NCBI GenBank assembly: GCA_000004985.1
Contig: GG738857.1
Length of the DNA stretch: 64,000 bases
Source: Naegleria gruberi
Taxonomy: Eukaryota
Reading direction: 5' to 3' (one strand)
Part shown: in pieces, positions 1 to 13,588 of the stretch
How the letters are laid out: every line of letters starts with the position of its first letter
Position numbering within the stretch: the first letter of the stretch is position 1
Notes under the pieces: generated by a model
Told to the model about the DNA's origin: nothing
Database searches by the model: none
What the model saw: the letters and a program-made list of their open reading frames with translations, nothing else
Position numbers and translations under genes: made by a program

Positions 1-560
1 TTCAACATTGTGAACCATTCTCTCTTAAAGAATTAGAAAAGAAATTACCAAAATTCAATTCAGCCATCAAATTCCCTCTCATCAAAGATCTTCTCACATC
101 ATTATCAGCTGACTCTAGAATTGATACAGATAAAGTTGGTTCATCGAATCAATACTGGTTGTTCCCTAGTGCAGCCTCTGAAGTAAGAAAGAGAAAAAAG
201 TCAGAATTGGAAGATCAAGTTGAAAATGAAAAACAAAAGAAGATTAAATTGGAAGAAGAAATTCAAGAAGCCTCCGAAGGAAAGGAAAATACAGAAGAGA
301 GATCAGGTTATCTAGAAGAATTACAAGAAATCAGAAAGGAAAGAGAAGGAGTGAATGCACAATTAAAAAGATTTGAAGATTTGGATCCGGAATTGATTGA
401 AAAGATTAAATCGGATGTTAGTGTCTGTAAAGATTCTGCTAATAGATGGACAGACAATATATTTTCATTGGTTGGTTATTGTAAAAAGACCTTTAATATG
501 GATAATAGTACAATTTATCAAATGTTTGAAATTCCAGAAGATTTTGATAACTTGGAATAA
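1..560 (+). CDS. mnd1: Meiotic nuclear division protein 1 (Mnd1) homologue; 5'-truncated C-terminal part, continues upstream of the window
   Basis: Open frame runs from nt 3 to TAA at 558-560 (the track start at 159 is an artefactual TTG). The translation (LKELEKKLPKF...VGSSNQYWLFPS...ANRWTDNIF...FEIPEDFDNLE) aligns with human MND1 (LKDLEKIAPKEKGI...IGTSNYYWAFPS...ANRWTDNIFAIKSW...FGIPEDFDYID). Confidence 0.8.
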   Translation, partial: QHCEPFSLKELEKKLPKFNSAIKFPLIKDLLTSLSADSRIDTDKVGSSNQYWLFPSAASEVRKRKKSELEDQVENEKQKKIKLEEEIQEASEGKENTEERSGYLEELQEIRKEREGVNAQLKRFEDLDPELIEKIKSDVSVCKDSANRWTDNIFSLVGYCKKTFNMDNSTIYQMFEIPEDFDNLE

Positions 561-942
561 ATACCTAATGTAGATGTAATTTCATCATCAATTATTATAT
601 ACTACGGGAATTTATTAATGTGGATAGTCGTGTAGGATCATCATGTGATCTTTAAAATAATAATTATCATTGGCCGATGATACAATATCTGTTTAATGTT
701 GACTTGCTGGTAGTAAGAACAAACATCACATAAAAAATTTCATCAAGGCTGTATTCATCACGGAGAGTAATTAAATTTTGATAGAAGAAGAACAAAGACT
801 ACTTTTTGTATATATTCTTCTCGAGATTGAACCACTATTAACAACTACTCTAACCAATCAATCAATAACATTTATCAACAACAAAAGCATCAAAAAGTGG
901 TGCTACACCAACAACAATTTTCTACAACAACAACAAGAACCA

Positions 943-3900
943 TGAGTACACCCACCAACCACGATTCATCAACCAACTTGACCATTCAAGTAAATGGTGA
1001 TGAAATGTCGTTTAATCCAATCCTTCTTGGATCCATGAGTAATAATAATAACAATGAAGCAACAAGCCTTCTTCAGCCTGAAACTAGTGATGATTATAAT
1101 ACTTCTACTACACAACAGTATCATGATGATAACAACAACAACAACAACATTAATAATACATCATCATCATCTTCAACACAAGTTGTTGAGGGAAGTATAA
1201 TAGTAGAAGGTAATATTATGAGTGAATCTAAACTAAGTGAACAAGATAAACAAAGTCTTGTTAAAGAATTATCAAAAGCAATACTAGGTATATATATGAA
1301 TAATGTTATTCAAACAAGTGTTAAAGACAAAATAATAGAAACTGCAACAGATAAAACTACAGCAAACATTCTAAGTTTTTATTATAAACGAAGAGAATAT
1401 TTAAAACAACAACAACAATATCAACAACAACAAGTAAAACAACAAGTAGAACAAGTAGAACAACAAGTAGAACAAGTAGACCAAGTAGAACAACAATTAA
1501 ATAGAATAATAGAAAAGGAAGAAGGCTTGATTTCATTAGATCATCCAACAAATTTAGATGATTCTATCACAAGAATTGATTTAAATGATGAATATCAACC
1601 TCCTATTACAGAAAATAATAGTAGTAGTAATAATAATATATTAAATAATATACCTTCTTCTTTACCTTCAACAATAGATATTAGTAATAATGATAATGAT
1701 ATTGTAATGATTGATCAATCTTGTAATGATGATAATAGTAATATTAATAATATTAATCATCAACAACAATCTAATCAATTAAATGAACATCAACAACTAG
1801 ATATTAATCATCAATCTAATCAATTAAATGAACAGCAACAACTAGATGATCAACAATCTAATCAATTAAATGAACAATATGATCAACAATCTAATCAATT
1901 AAATGAATCAATTATTCAATTAAATAATGAACAATTAAATGAATCACCAATTCAATTAAATAATAATCAACAATTAAATCAATTAAATAACAAGGATATT
2001 GAAACAGATGTAGAAAATGAAGAAGAAGAATTCTATAAAAAGTATATGAATGATTTTAGAAATGATGATTTAATTGTAAACAAACATGAAGAATTATATC
2101 CATGTGAAAATTCATATATAGATCATTTTAGAGAAGCAATTTTATTAGAATGGAATGAATTTAAAAAACCAATTGAATTTAAATATGAATATATACAAAC
2201 TAGAATTGAACAATTAAAAAAAGAATATAATAATATTATACATTTAATTAATACAGATACTAAATATAGTAATAATAATAATAATGAATTAAATTGTTCA
2301 AAATTATCAGGTATTTCAAATGATAATATTAAAAATAATATAATGATAAATAGATCATCTGAATTATATAATGCTTTTTATACTCCATATAAAAGAAGAT
2401 TAGATTTATTACAACATCCATTTTTTGGAAGTTTTCATGATGTTTTTAATAGAGAAATTGAACATTTAAATCAATTAAAAGAAAAACAATCAGATTTAAC
2501 TATAATTTCATCAAATTGGGTTTCTGCTACTTCAACTAATACAACAATTAATAATAATAGTATTTTAAATGATACAAATACAAATAATAATACTAATAAT
2601 ACTACTAATAATAATAATAATACAAATAATAATTTAAAAATAACATATCCATTTCCATATATAACAACATTGGATATATTAGATTCTATTGAATTATTTA
2701 AAACAGCATCAATATCATATCCACCTAATGATAGAGCAGTACCATTATCATTTTCATCAATATTAAAATATAATAATAATAATAGTAATATTAATAGAAG
2801 AAATGTTTCATCTTCAAATAGAAGAGGTAGAAGAGGTGCAAGTAGATTATCACAAGGTAAAAGAGTTGGCAATAGATCATCTACATCATCATCTACAGCA
2901 ACAGCAACAAGTGGTGGTGGTGGTGGTGGATCAACAAATAAATCCAAACTAAATGATCTTAATCAAGATGAAGATTATGAAGAGAATTTTATACTCTATG
3001 ATAGTACTAAAGATGTTAAAGCAGCAGAAATTACAGTACCTAGTTTTAGAATATTAACAAATGAACAAGTATCTGAATTAAGTGATGAATTTTCAGATGA
3101 TGAAGATATATCAGATGTTAAATATTGTTATTTACATATTGATAAGGAAATGCAAGAACGTCAAAAATATTATATTGCTTCTTTACCTTCTTCTTCTGAT
3201 AAAAAGAAAAAGAAAACTTCAGATCAAGATTCAAAGAATTTACATTATACTATACCTAATCATGATACTTTTAAATTGGCATTTGAAAAGTTTAATAGTA
3301 CTAATACAAATACTAATAATACAAATACAAATAATAATCATAGTACTACTACTACTACACATAATGATCATTCACACCGATTTAAATATAATGATGATTT
3401 ATCAACAGAATTAAAGAGTGGTAAAAATTTAATAAGCATGTCTAATAATTCTATTAATAATACTAGTATAACAACAACATTTAATGATAAATTAACATAT
3501 CTTGTACCAATAGAAGATTTACAACAATATTCATCACAACAACAACAATCAACAGGACCAATGAATGCTAAATTAGCATTTAGTAAACATCAATTTCAAT
3601 CCAAATTAGGATCACCACAAAAAAAGAAAGATTTAAAAAAGGAATTAACAAGTATACCTAGATGGAAATTAATTTCAATTGAATCCTATGTACCATATCC
3701 TATTTTAAAAAAGTGTGATGATCCACGTGGTAATTGGAATGATTTAAAACTTAAAAGTTTAGAAAGAAGATCAAATTTAACACTTGATTTAAATACTGAA
3801 CTTACAAATAATTTATTATTTAATGATTTAAATACTATTAATACTATTAATAATAATACCATTGATACTATTAATACTAATATTAATAATTCTAATTCTA

Positions 3901-4460
3901 ATTCTAATAATATAATTGGAAGTAGTAGTAATATTAGTACAAGAAAAAGAGCTAAAAGTGAAGTAGAAAATGAATTAATTACAACAGGATCATTTATTAA
4001 AAGTAATTCATCAACAACACCCTATCATCATCTTCAACAACCTAAAAAGAAATCTAAATATGATTTTGATGATATGGTAATGGCAGATGAAGATACAGAT
4101 GAAATTGAAGATACAGATGATGATGATTTTCATCAAGAAGATGATGAACAAACTGATTCAGAAGATGATATTTTAATTTCAACTCCAAAACATTCAAATA
4201 TTACTACTATTACTACTACTACTACATTTAATACAAATACTACATTTAATACTACAGCACCACCATCAAGTAGTAATAGTAATAATAATTCTACAACTTC
4301 AATTACAACAACAACACCAACAAAATCATCATCTAAAAAATCTAAAAAGAAGAAATCAACTTCATCTAAAAAGAAAAAGAAGAAGCAAATTACAACTCCT
4401 GTTCGTGTTGATAAAGTTATTAATGATGGTACAAAGATAGTATTTAAATTACAAAAATAA
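943..4460 (+). CDS. Hypothetical large N/Q/T-rich low-complexity protein (about 1170 aa), single exon
   Basis: Continuous 3.5-kb ORF. Track start 897 is GTG; the first ATG is at 943 (MSTPTNHD...). Long poly-N, poly-Q and poly-T tracts typical of dictyostelid proteins. No recognisable catalytic domain. Confidence 0.55.
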
Positions 4461-4802
4461 TACTATTTAAAATAAATTTAATTTTTTTGAAATCAACATA
4501 TTTAAACCTATTTTGAGATATTAATATTTAATATTTAGGGTAATTGAGGTAATTGGATTTTTTAAATAGTGACTTGATTTTATTTCTTTCAGTGACTGTT
4601 TTGAATAAAGTTTAAAGGCTTGGAACATTAAGGCGAACAAGAAACATACTCTGATTAAGAACAGATAAGGTTGATCATTGTTTACAAAACTCTCAAAAGA
4701 ATATTCATTTCATGCGCGGACATGAGTTCATCGTCATCTATTAATTCCGACCAGTCGGGAGAGAGGAAGAATAGCACCTAATCAATAAAAAAAATATACA
4801 CA

Positions 4803-5129
4803 ATGACTGGAAGCCAACATATCAGTAATACTTATGCAGGACTCCTCACTATCGGAGGTATTGCAGCCTACGCAAAGAAAGGTTCTACACCAAGCTTGGT
4901 TGCAGGTGTTGGTTTAGGTGCGGCTTTTGGAGCATCTAGTTATCTTATTATGCAACAAAAGCATTTTGAAGGACATGCTTTAGCTAGTGCTGCTTCTGTT
5001 GTATTATTGGGTGCTGGTGTTAGTAGATTTTTAAAGGCTTCAAATAAGACTATTCCTTCCATTCTTACCATCTTGGGTTTAATTTCTAGTTATTATCAAA
5101 TTAACAAGGCTATTGAATGGAAGCAATAA
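4803..5129 (+). CDS. TMEM14 / UPF0136 family small 4-TM membrane protein
   Basis: 108-aa ORF (MTGSQHISNTYAGLLTIGGIAAYAKKGSTPSLVAGVGLG...) resembles human TMEM14A/C (GYVKTGSVPSLAAGLLFG...). Glycine-rich TM helices. Confidence 0.7.
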   Translation: MTGSQHISNTYAGLLTIGGIAAYAKKGSTPSLVAGVGLGAAFGASSYLIMQQKHFEGHALASAASVVLLGAGVSRFLKASNKTIPSILTILGLISSYYQINKAIEWKQ

Positions 5130-5443
5130 ATAATTATATATTGGGAATATATGTTTAGTAATACTTTTAATTTATTAAATATTATTTAATTAAATATTTA
5201 ATTTTATTTATTAATTTTAATAATATTATTTCATTATTATATCTAATTGTAATATGATATCTCTCTAATTTTTATTTGAAACATTAACAGTATTTTAATT
5301 TACAAAATAGTAACTAGACTATCCAATAATAGAAATCCATAAACAGTAGTTTCAAAATAGCCTTAACGAACTTTACCGCACACAAAAATAACCATTTCAC
5401 TGTGATGGTTTAATAACAACTTGTAAAAAAGTCAGAATAAGAA

Positions 5444-8400
5444 ATGGCGAATAGAGTAAGACCAATTAATAATGTTGAGGAAAGACGAATGCAACACGAA
5501 CTTCAACAACAATTATCATCCTCAATAATACACAATTCAAATCATCATCTTCAACAACAACAACAAGAATATTATAATAATACCTCCTCTCAATATAGTA
5601 ATAATAATAATAATTCACAACAACATAAACCATCTTCAGCGAGTAAAAGTCATCATCACACTAATTATTACCTTAATACAAGTCAACAACAACAATATTT
5701 TAATAATATACAACCACCACCTCCAAGTAGTAATATAATTAATATTAATGATATTAGAAATAATCAAATAGTAGCATCACAAGCTAGTCAACAACAACAA
5801 AAGACTTCCAATTTAATTCATTCAAATTCATCATCTTACTATCATTCTCATCAACAACAACAACAACAACAATTACCACAAACGTCAGTGCAACAACAAC
5901 CCTATCAATATCAACAATATCTTGATGAACCAATTTATATAGCAGCATCATCATCTACTACTACAACTCCAACTACTAATAATAGTCAACAAAATACAGA
6001 ACAATATTCATTTACCAATTCAAGATCACACGCATCAATAATATCATCTTCAAATTCAACAAATATTACAAATTCAACTAATCAAACAAATACAAGTTCT
6101 AATACAAATATAACAAATATAACCAATTCAAGTAATCAAACTAATGAATCATATATACCTTCTACAGAAATAAATATAGATAGTAATAATGGAGATGAAG
6201 TTGGAATTAAAGTAGTAGTTAGAGTTAGACCATTTAATGAAAGAGAAATTAAATTAAAATCAAAACCAACAATTTCAACTTTAAAACAAAATCATGAAAT
6301 TACTTTAAAAAGAAAATTTAAAGAAGATAAGAAATTTTATTTTGATGATATTTTTGATGAATATTCTACTCAATCTGATGTTTATGCTTCTACTGGTAAA
6401 AGAGTTTTAGATCGTTTTGTTTTGGGTTTTAATGTTTGTTTTATTATTTTTATATTTTTATATTTAATAATATTTAATTTTTATATTTAATAATATTTAA
6501 TAATTTAATTTAATATTTAATAATTTAATATAGTGTTGTATATTTGCATATGGACAAACAGGATCAGGTAAAACAGTATGTATATAATATATTTATAATA
6601 TATTTTAAATTAAAATAGTGGACAATGCAAGGTATAAAAGGAAATGAAAGTAAAGAAGGTATAATGTCTAGATTTGTACGTGAATTATTTACCTATATAG
6701 AAAGAGAACGTAATAGAACAGATATAACATTAAAAGCATCCTATTTTGAAATATATAATGAACAAGTATATGATTTATTAAATCCTAATACAATTAATAC
6801 TCATCCTATTTTAGCCTTTGGATCAAATGTTAATTCAACTTGTTATAATCAAAATAATAATCAAAATAATTCAAATTCAAATAATAATTCAAATTCAAAT
6901 AATGATGATGATAATAATAATAATATAACAATAACAAATATAAATTCAACAACATATGAAATTAGAGAAGATAAAATTAAAGGCATTCATATAAATAATT
7001 TAATAGAAAAACCAATAATACTAGTAAAAGATTTAAATGAAATGTTAATAGAAGGAGCTAGTCGTAGAACGATAGGAGAAACTAAAATGAATCAAGAATC
7101 ATCACGTTCACATGCCTTATTACAAATATATATGGAACAAATAGATAAAGATGATATGGAAGGATATTCTAAAAGAACTAATAAAATATCCTTAATAGAT
7201 TTAGCAGGATCAGAAAGACAATCTGCAACATCAAATATAAATAGACAAAAAGAAGGATCTAAAATTAATTTATCATTATCTAATTTAGGAAATGTAATTA
7301 ATGCAATTGTTAAAAAATCTAATTTTATACCATATAGAAATTCTAAATTAACAAGATTATTAAAAGATTCAATTGGTGGTAATTCATATACTTTAATAGT
7401 TGTATGTTTATCTCCATCAGATTTAAATATGGAAGAATCTTTATCATCTTTATATTTTGCTGATAGAGCTAAACATATTAAAAATAAGTTAAAAATTATT
7501 AGAGGTGATCCTAATTTAGATAAAATTAATTTATTATTACAAAATGAAAAAATATTAAAAAATAGAATTTTAGAATTAGAAAATCAATTATTTTATTATT
7601 TAAATAATAATATTTTATTAAATAGTAATACTTTAAATTCTAACATTTTAAATAGTACTTTACATAATGGTATGATTATATCATCTTTAATACCTAATAA
7701 TAATAATAATTTAAATAATTTAAATAATTTAAATAATAATATAAATAATAATTTAAATAATAATAATAATATAAATAAAAATGAAATATCAATAATGACA
7801 GATTTATATGGATATGAAGTAGATGAAGCATTAGATTATTATAGAACTATTAATGCTATTGAATTACCACCACAATCACAATCAAAAGAAATACAAACTG
7901 ATTATAATTTAAATACTAATAATCAAAATAATTTAAATACTAGTACTTTAAATATTAGTAATCATAGTAATCATATTAAAAATGAAGAAGAAATAAATTT
8001 AAATAATCAACAACAAGAATTAATATTTGATGAAATGAAAGAAGAAATGATTGAACAAGAAAGAAGAGAACAAGAATTATTAGATCAACAAAGATTAGAA
8101 CAAGAAATTATAGATCAATTAGATATGATTGATGATCAACCTGGTGGTATTAATCATCAATATGAATCAAATGTTGGACCTTTTATTCAACATCAACAAT
8201 ATGAATTAGATGATGATCAACAACAATATTATCAACAACATTCACATCCTCATCATGATCAATATGATCAATATCAACAACATGAATTAGATGAACCTTA
8301 TTATAATAATCAACAACATCATTCAAGAAGAAATATAATTGCTGATAAAAGATCAAATGATGATACTCAATATAGAGAATATAATAATACTAAGGGAAGA

Positions 8401-8481
8401 AATCAAATTAAACAAGAAATACCTTCACAAACTGCAAGTGAATATTATAGAGATGAAAAGGAAAAATGTATTATTTTGTAA
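5444..8481 (+). CDS. Kinesin-like protein, 3 exons: join(5444..6433,6534..6575,6619..8481); introns 100 nt and 43 nt
   Basis: Motor motifs VRVRPFNERE, GFN|CCIFAYGQTGSGKT|WTMQG, SSRSHA, LIDLAGSE, HIPYRNSKLTRLLKDSIGGNS. The P-loop is split across a 42-nt middle exon. Donors are GTTTGT and GTATGT; acceptors are TAG and TAG. The ORF-track pieces 5444..6490 and 6625..8481 join in frame only with this structure. Confidence 0.85.
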
Positions 8482-10555
8482 TATTGGGTTGGTTACATTA
8501 TGATGCTTGAATCAAAATGTAGAAGCTTTGGAAAAACTGGTTGTATTTGCTGCCTGTGTTTGTGTGAGCATTTTTATTTGATGTTGTTAACGACAGTTGA
8601 CTCGTAAAATGGTTACGTGATTGATGAGCTGATTTGGGTAATTAACATGTCTATCACAACAAATAGCAGACTTTGTAAAGTTTCAATTTGTTAGAATTTT
8701 CGATTATTGGTGTTATCATATTTTATCACTGTGGATAAGATCCTAAAAAGAAAATACCACTAAATATTACATTATTTATTGGGTGGTTTAGCATGGTTCG
8801 CTGTTCTGACTTTGGTGTTTTTTATGAGTTATGTTGCTCACATTTGATATCGTAGCAAATCCAACATACCTCAAATTGGGTTGTACTTCTATGTATTTAC
8901 ACATACGTAACTATAGTATACCATACATATTGATGAGCACTTTATATTTTATTAGTAGTTTTCAAACTATGTGATTTTGCACGGATGTTAACGAGTCTCT
9001 ATAGTGCACAACAATACTGTAAGTAGGTGCTGATATAGAACAAAATGGAAACATATCCACCGTACGTAGCGTAAATTGATTTTAAATGTTGTATAAAACC
9101 ACATCAGATACAAGCAATTGGTGTGGTTTTAAATGACTACCCTATTGTCTGTTTAATTCCAAAGTTATCCCTGTATATCATTACCAGTATGGTAAATAAC
9201 AGGAGTTAATGGTCATCCAAACATTGGTAACTTAAGTACTCTCAATGAATAGTTTCCCAGTTTTCCACTTCCAAGTGTTTAAAGTTAAACCAACAGAAGA
9301 TGATTGAGAGTATATCATGTCTTGTTGAGAATAATTTGGGAATGATTGTTAAGAATAATATATCTGGACATGTCATTTTTGAAATTATTTCCCCATGAAA
9401 CATAGATAACCTCTTTTGTTTAAAACAGCCATATGGCATGTAAATCCTTCTCAAGAATAAAAATAATTGTTGAGATAAGCCAATTTCACTAAACTGTTCA
9501 CATATTCTTCCTTGGTCTTTGGCCACTAGTGAGCCAATTTCATACAATTCATTGTCAGTCACCAGTGGTATGATTTTCAATACAATTTCCTCCATTGCAG
9601 GGAATTACACTTCTTGGATTTGTCTAGGAATGAGGGGTTATAGTGAGAATTATTTTACAATCAGAGAGTGGAATTCAGAAGCAACAATCGTTGTGAGTCA
9701 CCATTGAAAATGGTTCTCACTATCACAAGTAATTATTATCAATATCACAATTCGTTTGCAAACATCAAGTTCTTTATCAATATCACCCCTCGAATATGAC
9801 CAAGAAGAAACAATAAATGAAATTTGTTAATTGACATTCAAAGTTGCCTTACTACACTGTTTGATGTGCTTTTCAAATGATAATGTAGCCTTTAATAATT
9901 TATCAGGAGGTTTTGATGTAATTGCTGTTTAAAAAATTTGGAATAGTTTTGTTTTCCAAATTTAATTGACAAAAAATGCATTTTGTATCAAATGTTGTAC
10001 ATTCTCCGTTTACTAAAAAGGTTCTGACTGAATAAAGACCTCACATAAATAAATGAAGAGTTTAGATAGATCTCAGATAATGTCTCTTAATACTTTGGAC
10101 CTATAACTGGTATAATTGATAAACCTTAATATGTTCAAACTTGGGGCGGAAACAAATTTAGTCCCTACAAAGAAAATGGTTGAAATAGCGCACCCTGATC
10201 ATTCACCAGTTCACCTCAACAAATATCTAATAGTCAATAAATTCGCTAATGTGAGAGCGATATTACAAAATCAACGAACACATTTTTCACCATAGGTTAC
10301 CACCTGGGCAATAAATTCGCGAGATTTTAAACCAGAACCCAAACTAGACTCCAATCAAAAATGGATTTAAAGTCGCTTTGTATCTATCTTGGGTCCATTT
10401 AATTTCAAAAAAAAAAGTCTCAATTATTTCATCACTCCCTAATATTAAAATAATAGAGGTAGCGTATTATTATTGTATTAATAATTTTATATTAATATTC
10501 AATGTTTATTAATCTGATGATTGATCCATTTACAATTGATCAAAAACATTATGAT

Positions 10556-10625
10556 CATTTTATGCAATTCCTCCTATTTTCCTCCAAAACTGTTATTTAT
10601 GCAATTCCTATTTTCCTCCCCTACA
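10556..10625. repeat. Tandem direct repeat of about 35 bp (TTTATGCAATTCCT(CCT)ATTTTCCTCC...CTGTTA, two copies) about 100 bp upstream of the PEPCK start
   Basis: Two near-identical adjacent copies are visible in the sequence. Position suggests a promoter-proximal element. Confidence 0.5.
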
Positions 10626-10725
10626 CTGTTAATCATAATATGATAATAATAATATGATAATAATAATAGAAAAATGTCAAATTTAGCCAAACATTTAGCA
10701 CCAACTGTTCATCAAGATAATCAAC

Positions 10726-12456
10726 ATGCAGCAGCAGATCATACCAGTATTATATGAACAAGCATTAAAACATGAAAGAGGTACAGCATTAACTTGTACA
10801 GGTGCACTTGTTGCTTTTAGTGGACAAAAGACAGGTCGTTCACCTAAAGATAAACGTATTGTTTCAGAAGAAACATCAAAAGATGATATTTGGTTTGGTC
10901 CTGTTAATATTCCATTAAGTGAAGATTCATTTATGGTTAATAGAGAACGTGCTGTTGATTATTTAAATACACGTGAACAATTATACGTTTTTGATGGTTA
11001 TGCTGGTTGGGATCCAAAATATAGAATTAAGATTAGAGTTGTTTCTACACGTGCTTATCATGCTCTATTCATGAGAAATATGTTAATTAGACCAACTCAA
11101 CAAGAATTATTAGATTTTGGTGAACCTGATTATGTTATTTATAATGCAGGTGAATTCCCTGCTAATCGTTATACTAAGGGTTTGTTTTTTTTTATTTTTA
11201 TACTATAACATACTAATATTTTATTACTTTATACTCTATCATTTATACTATCATATATACTATCATTTATACTATCATATCAATATATACATACTATTAT
11301 ATATTATAAAATAATAGGAATGACATCAAGTTGTTCAATTTCATTAAATTTTAAGAGACGTGAAATGGTAATATTAGGATCACAATATGCAGGTGAAATG
11401 AAGAAGGGAGTATTTACCATAATGCATTATTTAATGCCAAAACAAGGAGTACTTTCACTTCATAGTAGTTGTAATGAAGGTAAAGATGGTAGTGTTTCAT
11501 TATTTTTTGGATTATCAGGTACAGGTAAAACAACATTATCAGCAGATCCTAATAGATATTTAATTGGTGATGATGAACATGTATGGACAGAAAGTGGTGT
11601 TTTTAATATTGAAGGTGGTTGTTATGCTAAATGTATTGGTTTAAAGAGAGAAACTGAACCTGAAATTTATGATGCATTGAAATTTGGTTCAGTTTTAGAA
11701 AATGTAATGATGGATGAAGTTACACGTCAAGTTGAATATGAAAGTTCAGAAATTACAGAAAATACTCGTGCTTGTTATCCATTAGAATATATTCCAAATT
11801 CTAAAATACCTGCCATTACAAAACATCCAAACAATATCATTTTATTAACTTGTGATGCATTTGGTGTTTTACCACCTGTTTCTAAATTGAACATTCCACA
11901 AACAATGTATCATTTCATTAGTGGTTATACTGCTAAAGTAGCTGGTACTGAAGTTGGTGTTACTGAACCACAAGCTACATTCTCTGCCTGTTTTGGTGAA
12001 CCATTCCTTGTTTTACATCCAACTAAATATGCTGAAATGTTAGCTGAAAAATTAGAACAACACTCTGCAACTGCTTGGTTACTTAATACTGGATGGGTTG
12101 GTGGTAGTGCTGGTTCTAAATCAAAGGTACGTGGTAAGAGATGTCCATTAAAATATACACGTGCCATTATTGATGCTATTCATAATGGTGAATTGGTTCA
12201 AGCTCCAACTGTTGAAATGGAAATCTTTGGTTTGCATGTTCCAACTAAATGTACTGGTGTTCCAGATGATTTATTATTACCAAAGAATGCTTGGTCTGAT
12301 AAGGATGCCTACGATGATGAATTGAACAAGTTATGTATCTTGTTTAATAAGAACTTTGAAGCTTATGCTGATAGAGCTTCTCAACAAGTTCTTGCTGCTG
12401 GTCCAAAATCTACCTCCACTAAACATTACGATGTTAAACTCATTCGTGAAGCTTAA
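10726..12456 (+). CDS. pckA: Phosphoenolpyruvate carboxykinase (ATP), 2 exons: join(10726..11179,11318..12456); 5' start uncertain
   Basis: [11 protein letters not shown]...[27 protein letters not shown]|G|[49 protein letters not shown] are diagnostic of ATP-dependent PEPCK. A 138-nt AT-rich intron (GTTTGT...TAG) restores NRYTKGMTSS. An upstream ATG at 10674 (strong AAAATG context, coding-like codons, [23 protein letters not shown]) lies in the -1 frame relative to 10726. That is either a frameshift or sequencing indel, or 10726 is the true start. Confidence 0.85.
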
Positions 12457-12590
12457 ATAAATTTTATTATTCTTCTATTTTTGTACTATAATATTATTAA
12501 AGAAAAAGAGACAGAGTTGGGATGATCGTGCATGTTTACCTTTGAAATATTTCAATGATGAGTAACAAGTCCAGTCATATTAATTGAAAT

Positions 12591-13588
12591 TTAATGTTTT
12601 TTAACAGATAAAACAATTAAACCTCTTGGTACTAATTGAGCTTCCAATAATGTAACCTTCTTAAATTGACGAGAATCAAAATCCATGTTTGGATATTGTC
12701 TTCTGAACTGTAAATCATCAAATCTAATATCCTTTAAACCATCCGATGAAATTTTCAACAATACTTGTTGATATAAATCATTTAGAGTATTCTTTCCATA
12801 CAAGGTATTTTCAATCTTGACACAATTCCCATTTGGTAATCTTACTTGAATTGAACATGGAGTATTTATATTACATGATGAAATGGAAATTACATTGTTA
12901 CTACTTGAATTACTTGAATTGTTACTATTTGAATTACTATTACTTGAATCAAATATAGCTGATGGTGAATGTGAATTGGATGATAAATTATTTAATTTTT
13001 CTAATTTTTCTAATCTTTCTTTTTTATCTAATTCTAAATTTCTTCTAACTTGTTCCATTTCCTTCTTTTTTTTTAATTTTTCTAATTTTGCATGTTCAAT
13101 TTCCTTTTCACGTTGACGATTTCTAAATTTTTCCTTCTCTTCAATTGTATCACCTTTTAATCTGTAGGATGAACCAAAATTTTGTAAAATATATTCAACA
13201 GGTAAATAATTTAATTCATGATTAATATTTAAATCTTGAATTAAATTATTAATTGTAAATGCAAATTCACTTTCATCATTTTCAATAATTAAATTACCAT
13301 TTGGAGTTAATTCTAATTCTTTTAAATTATATAAATTCATATTTTAAATAATGGTATTTTAATTTTAATACCATTATAATCTTTTCCTTTTTCAGAATTA
13401 AATATATATTGACATATTTGTGTTAATTTATCATTTGATTCAAATTTAACTTTACTAATTGAACCATCTATAAATCTAATTTGTAAAATACATGGTTCAT
13501 TTTCTTCTAATTGACTTTCAAATATAGTTTCAGTTATTTCATTTGGTTTAGTTGGTGAATTTAATTTTAGACTATTATCTATATTCAT
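12591..13588 (-). CDS. UBX-domain protein (ASPL/TUG- or p47-like; UBL/UBX-like N-domain plus C-terminal UBX), join(12591..13318,13372..13588) with a 53-nt intron
   Basis: C-terminal UBX motif (CSIQVRLPNGNCVKIENTLYGKNTLNDLYQQV...FRRQYP...TLLEAQLVPRGLIVL) and an N-terminal UBX/UBL-like segment (PCILQIRFIDGSISKVKFESNDKLTQICQYIF). Track ORFs 13337..13588 and 12591..13340 join in frame through a GTATTA...AAG intron at 13319..13371. Confidence 0.65.

Noticed and set aside
1357-3414. Track ORFs 1357..1551(-), 2471..2947(-), 3082..3414(+) inside the large N/Q-rich gene
   Set aside because: They are antisense or alternative-frame readings of low-complexity AAT/CAA repeats (poly-L/I/V translations). 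Overlapping a long coding ORF, they have no independent support.
9242-9707. ORFs 9242..9595(-) and 9519..9707(+) in the atypical block
   Set aside because: They are short and mutually overlapping with no recognisable motifs, and the minus-strand ORF begins at a non-ATG codon. They are treated as non-coding. A transposase-like match was considered, but no DDE-type motifs are present.
11117-11314. ORF 11117..11314(+)
   Set aside because: It lies entirely within the PEPCK intron and translates the repeated ACTATCAT motif.
11925-12167. ORF 11925..12167(-) antisense to PEPCK
   Set aside because: Antisense to a strongly conserved coding exon. Spurious.
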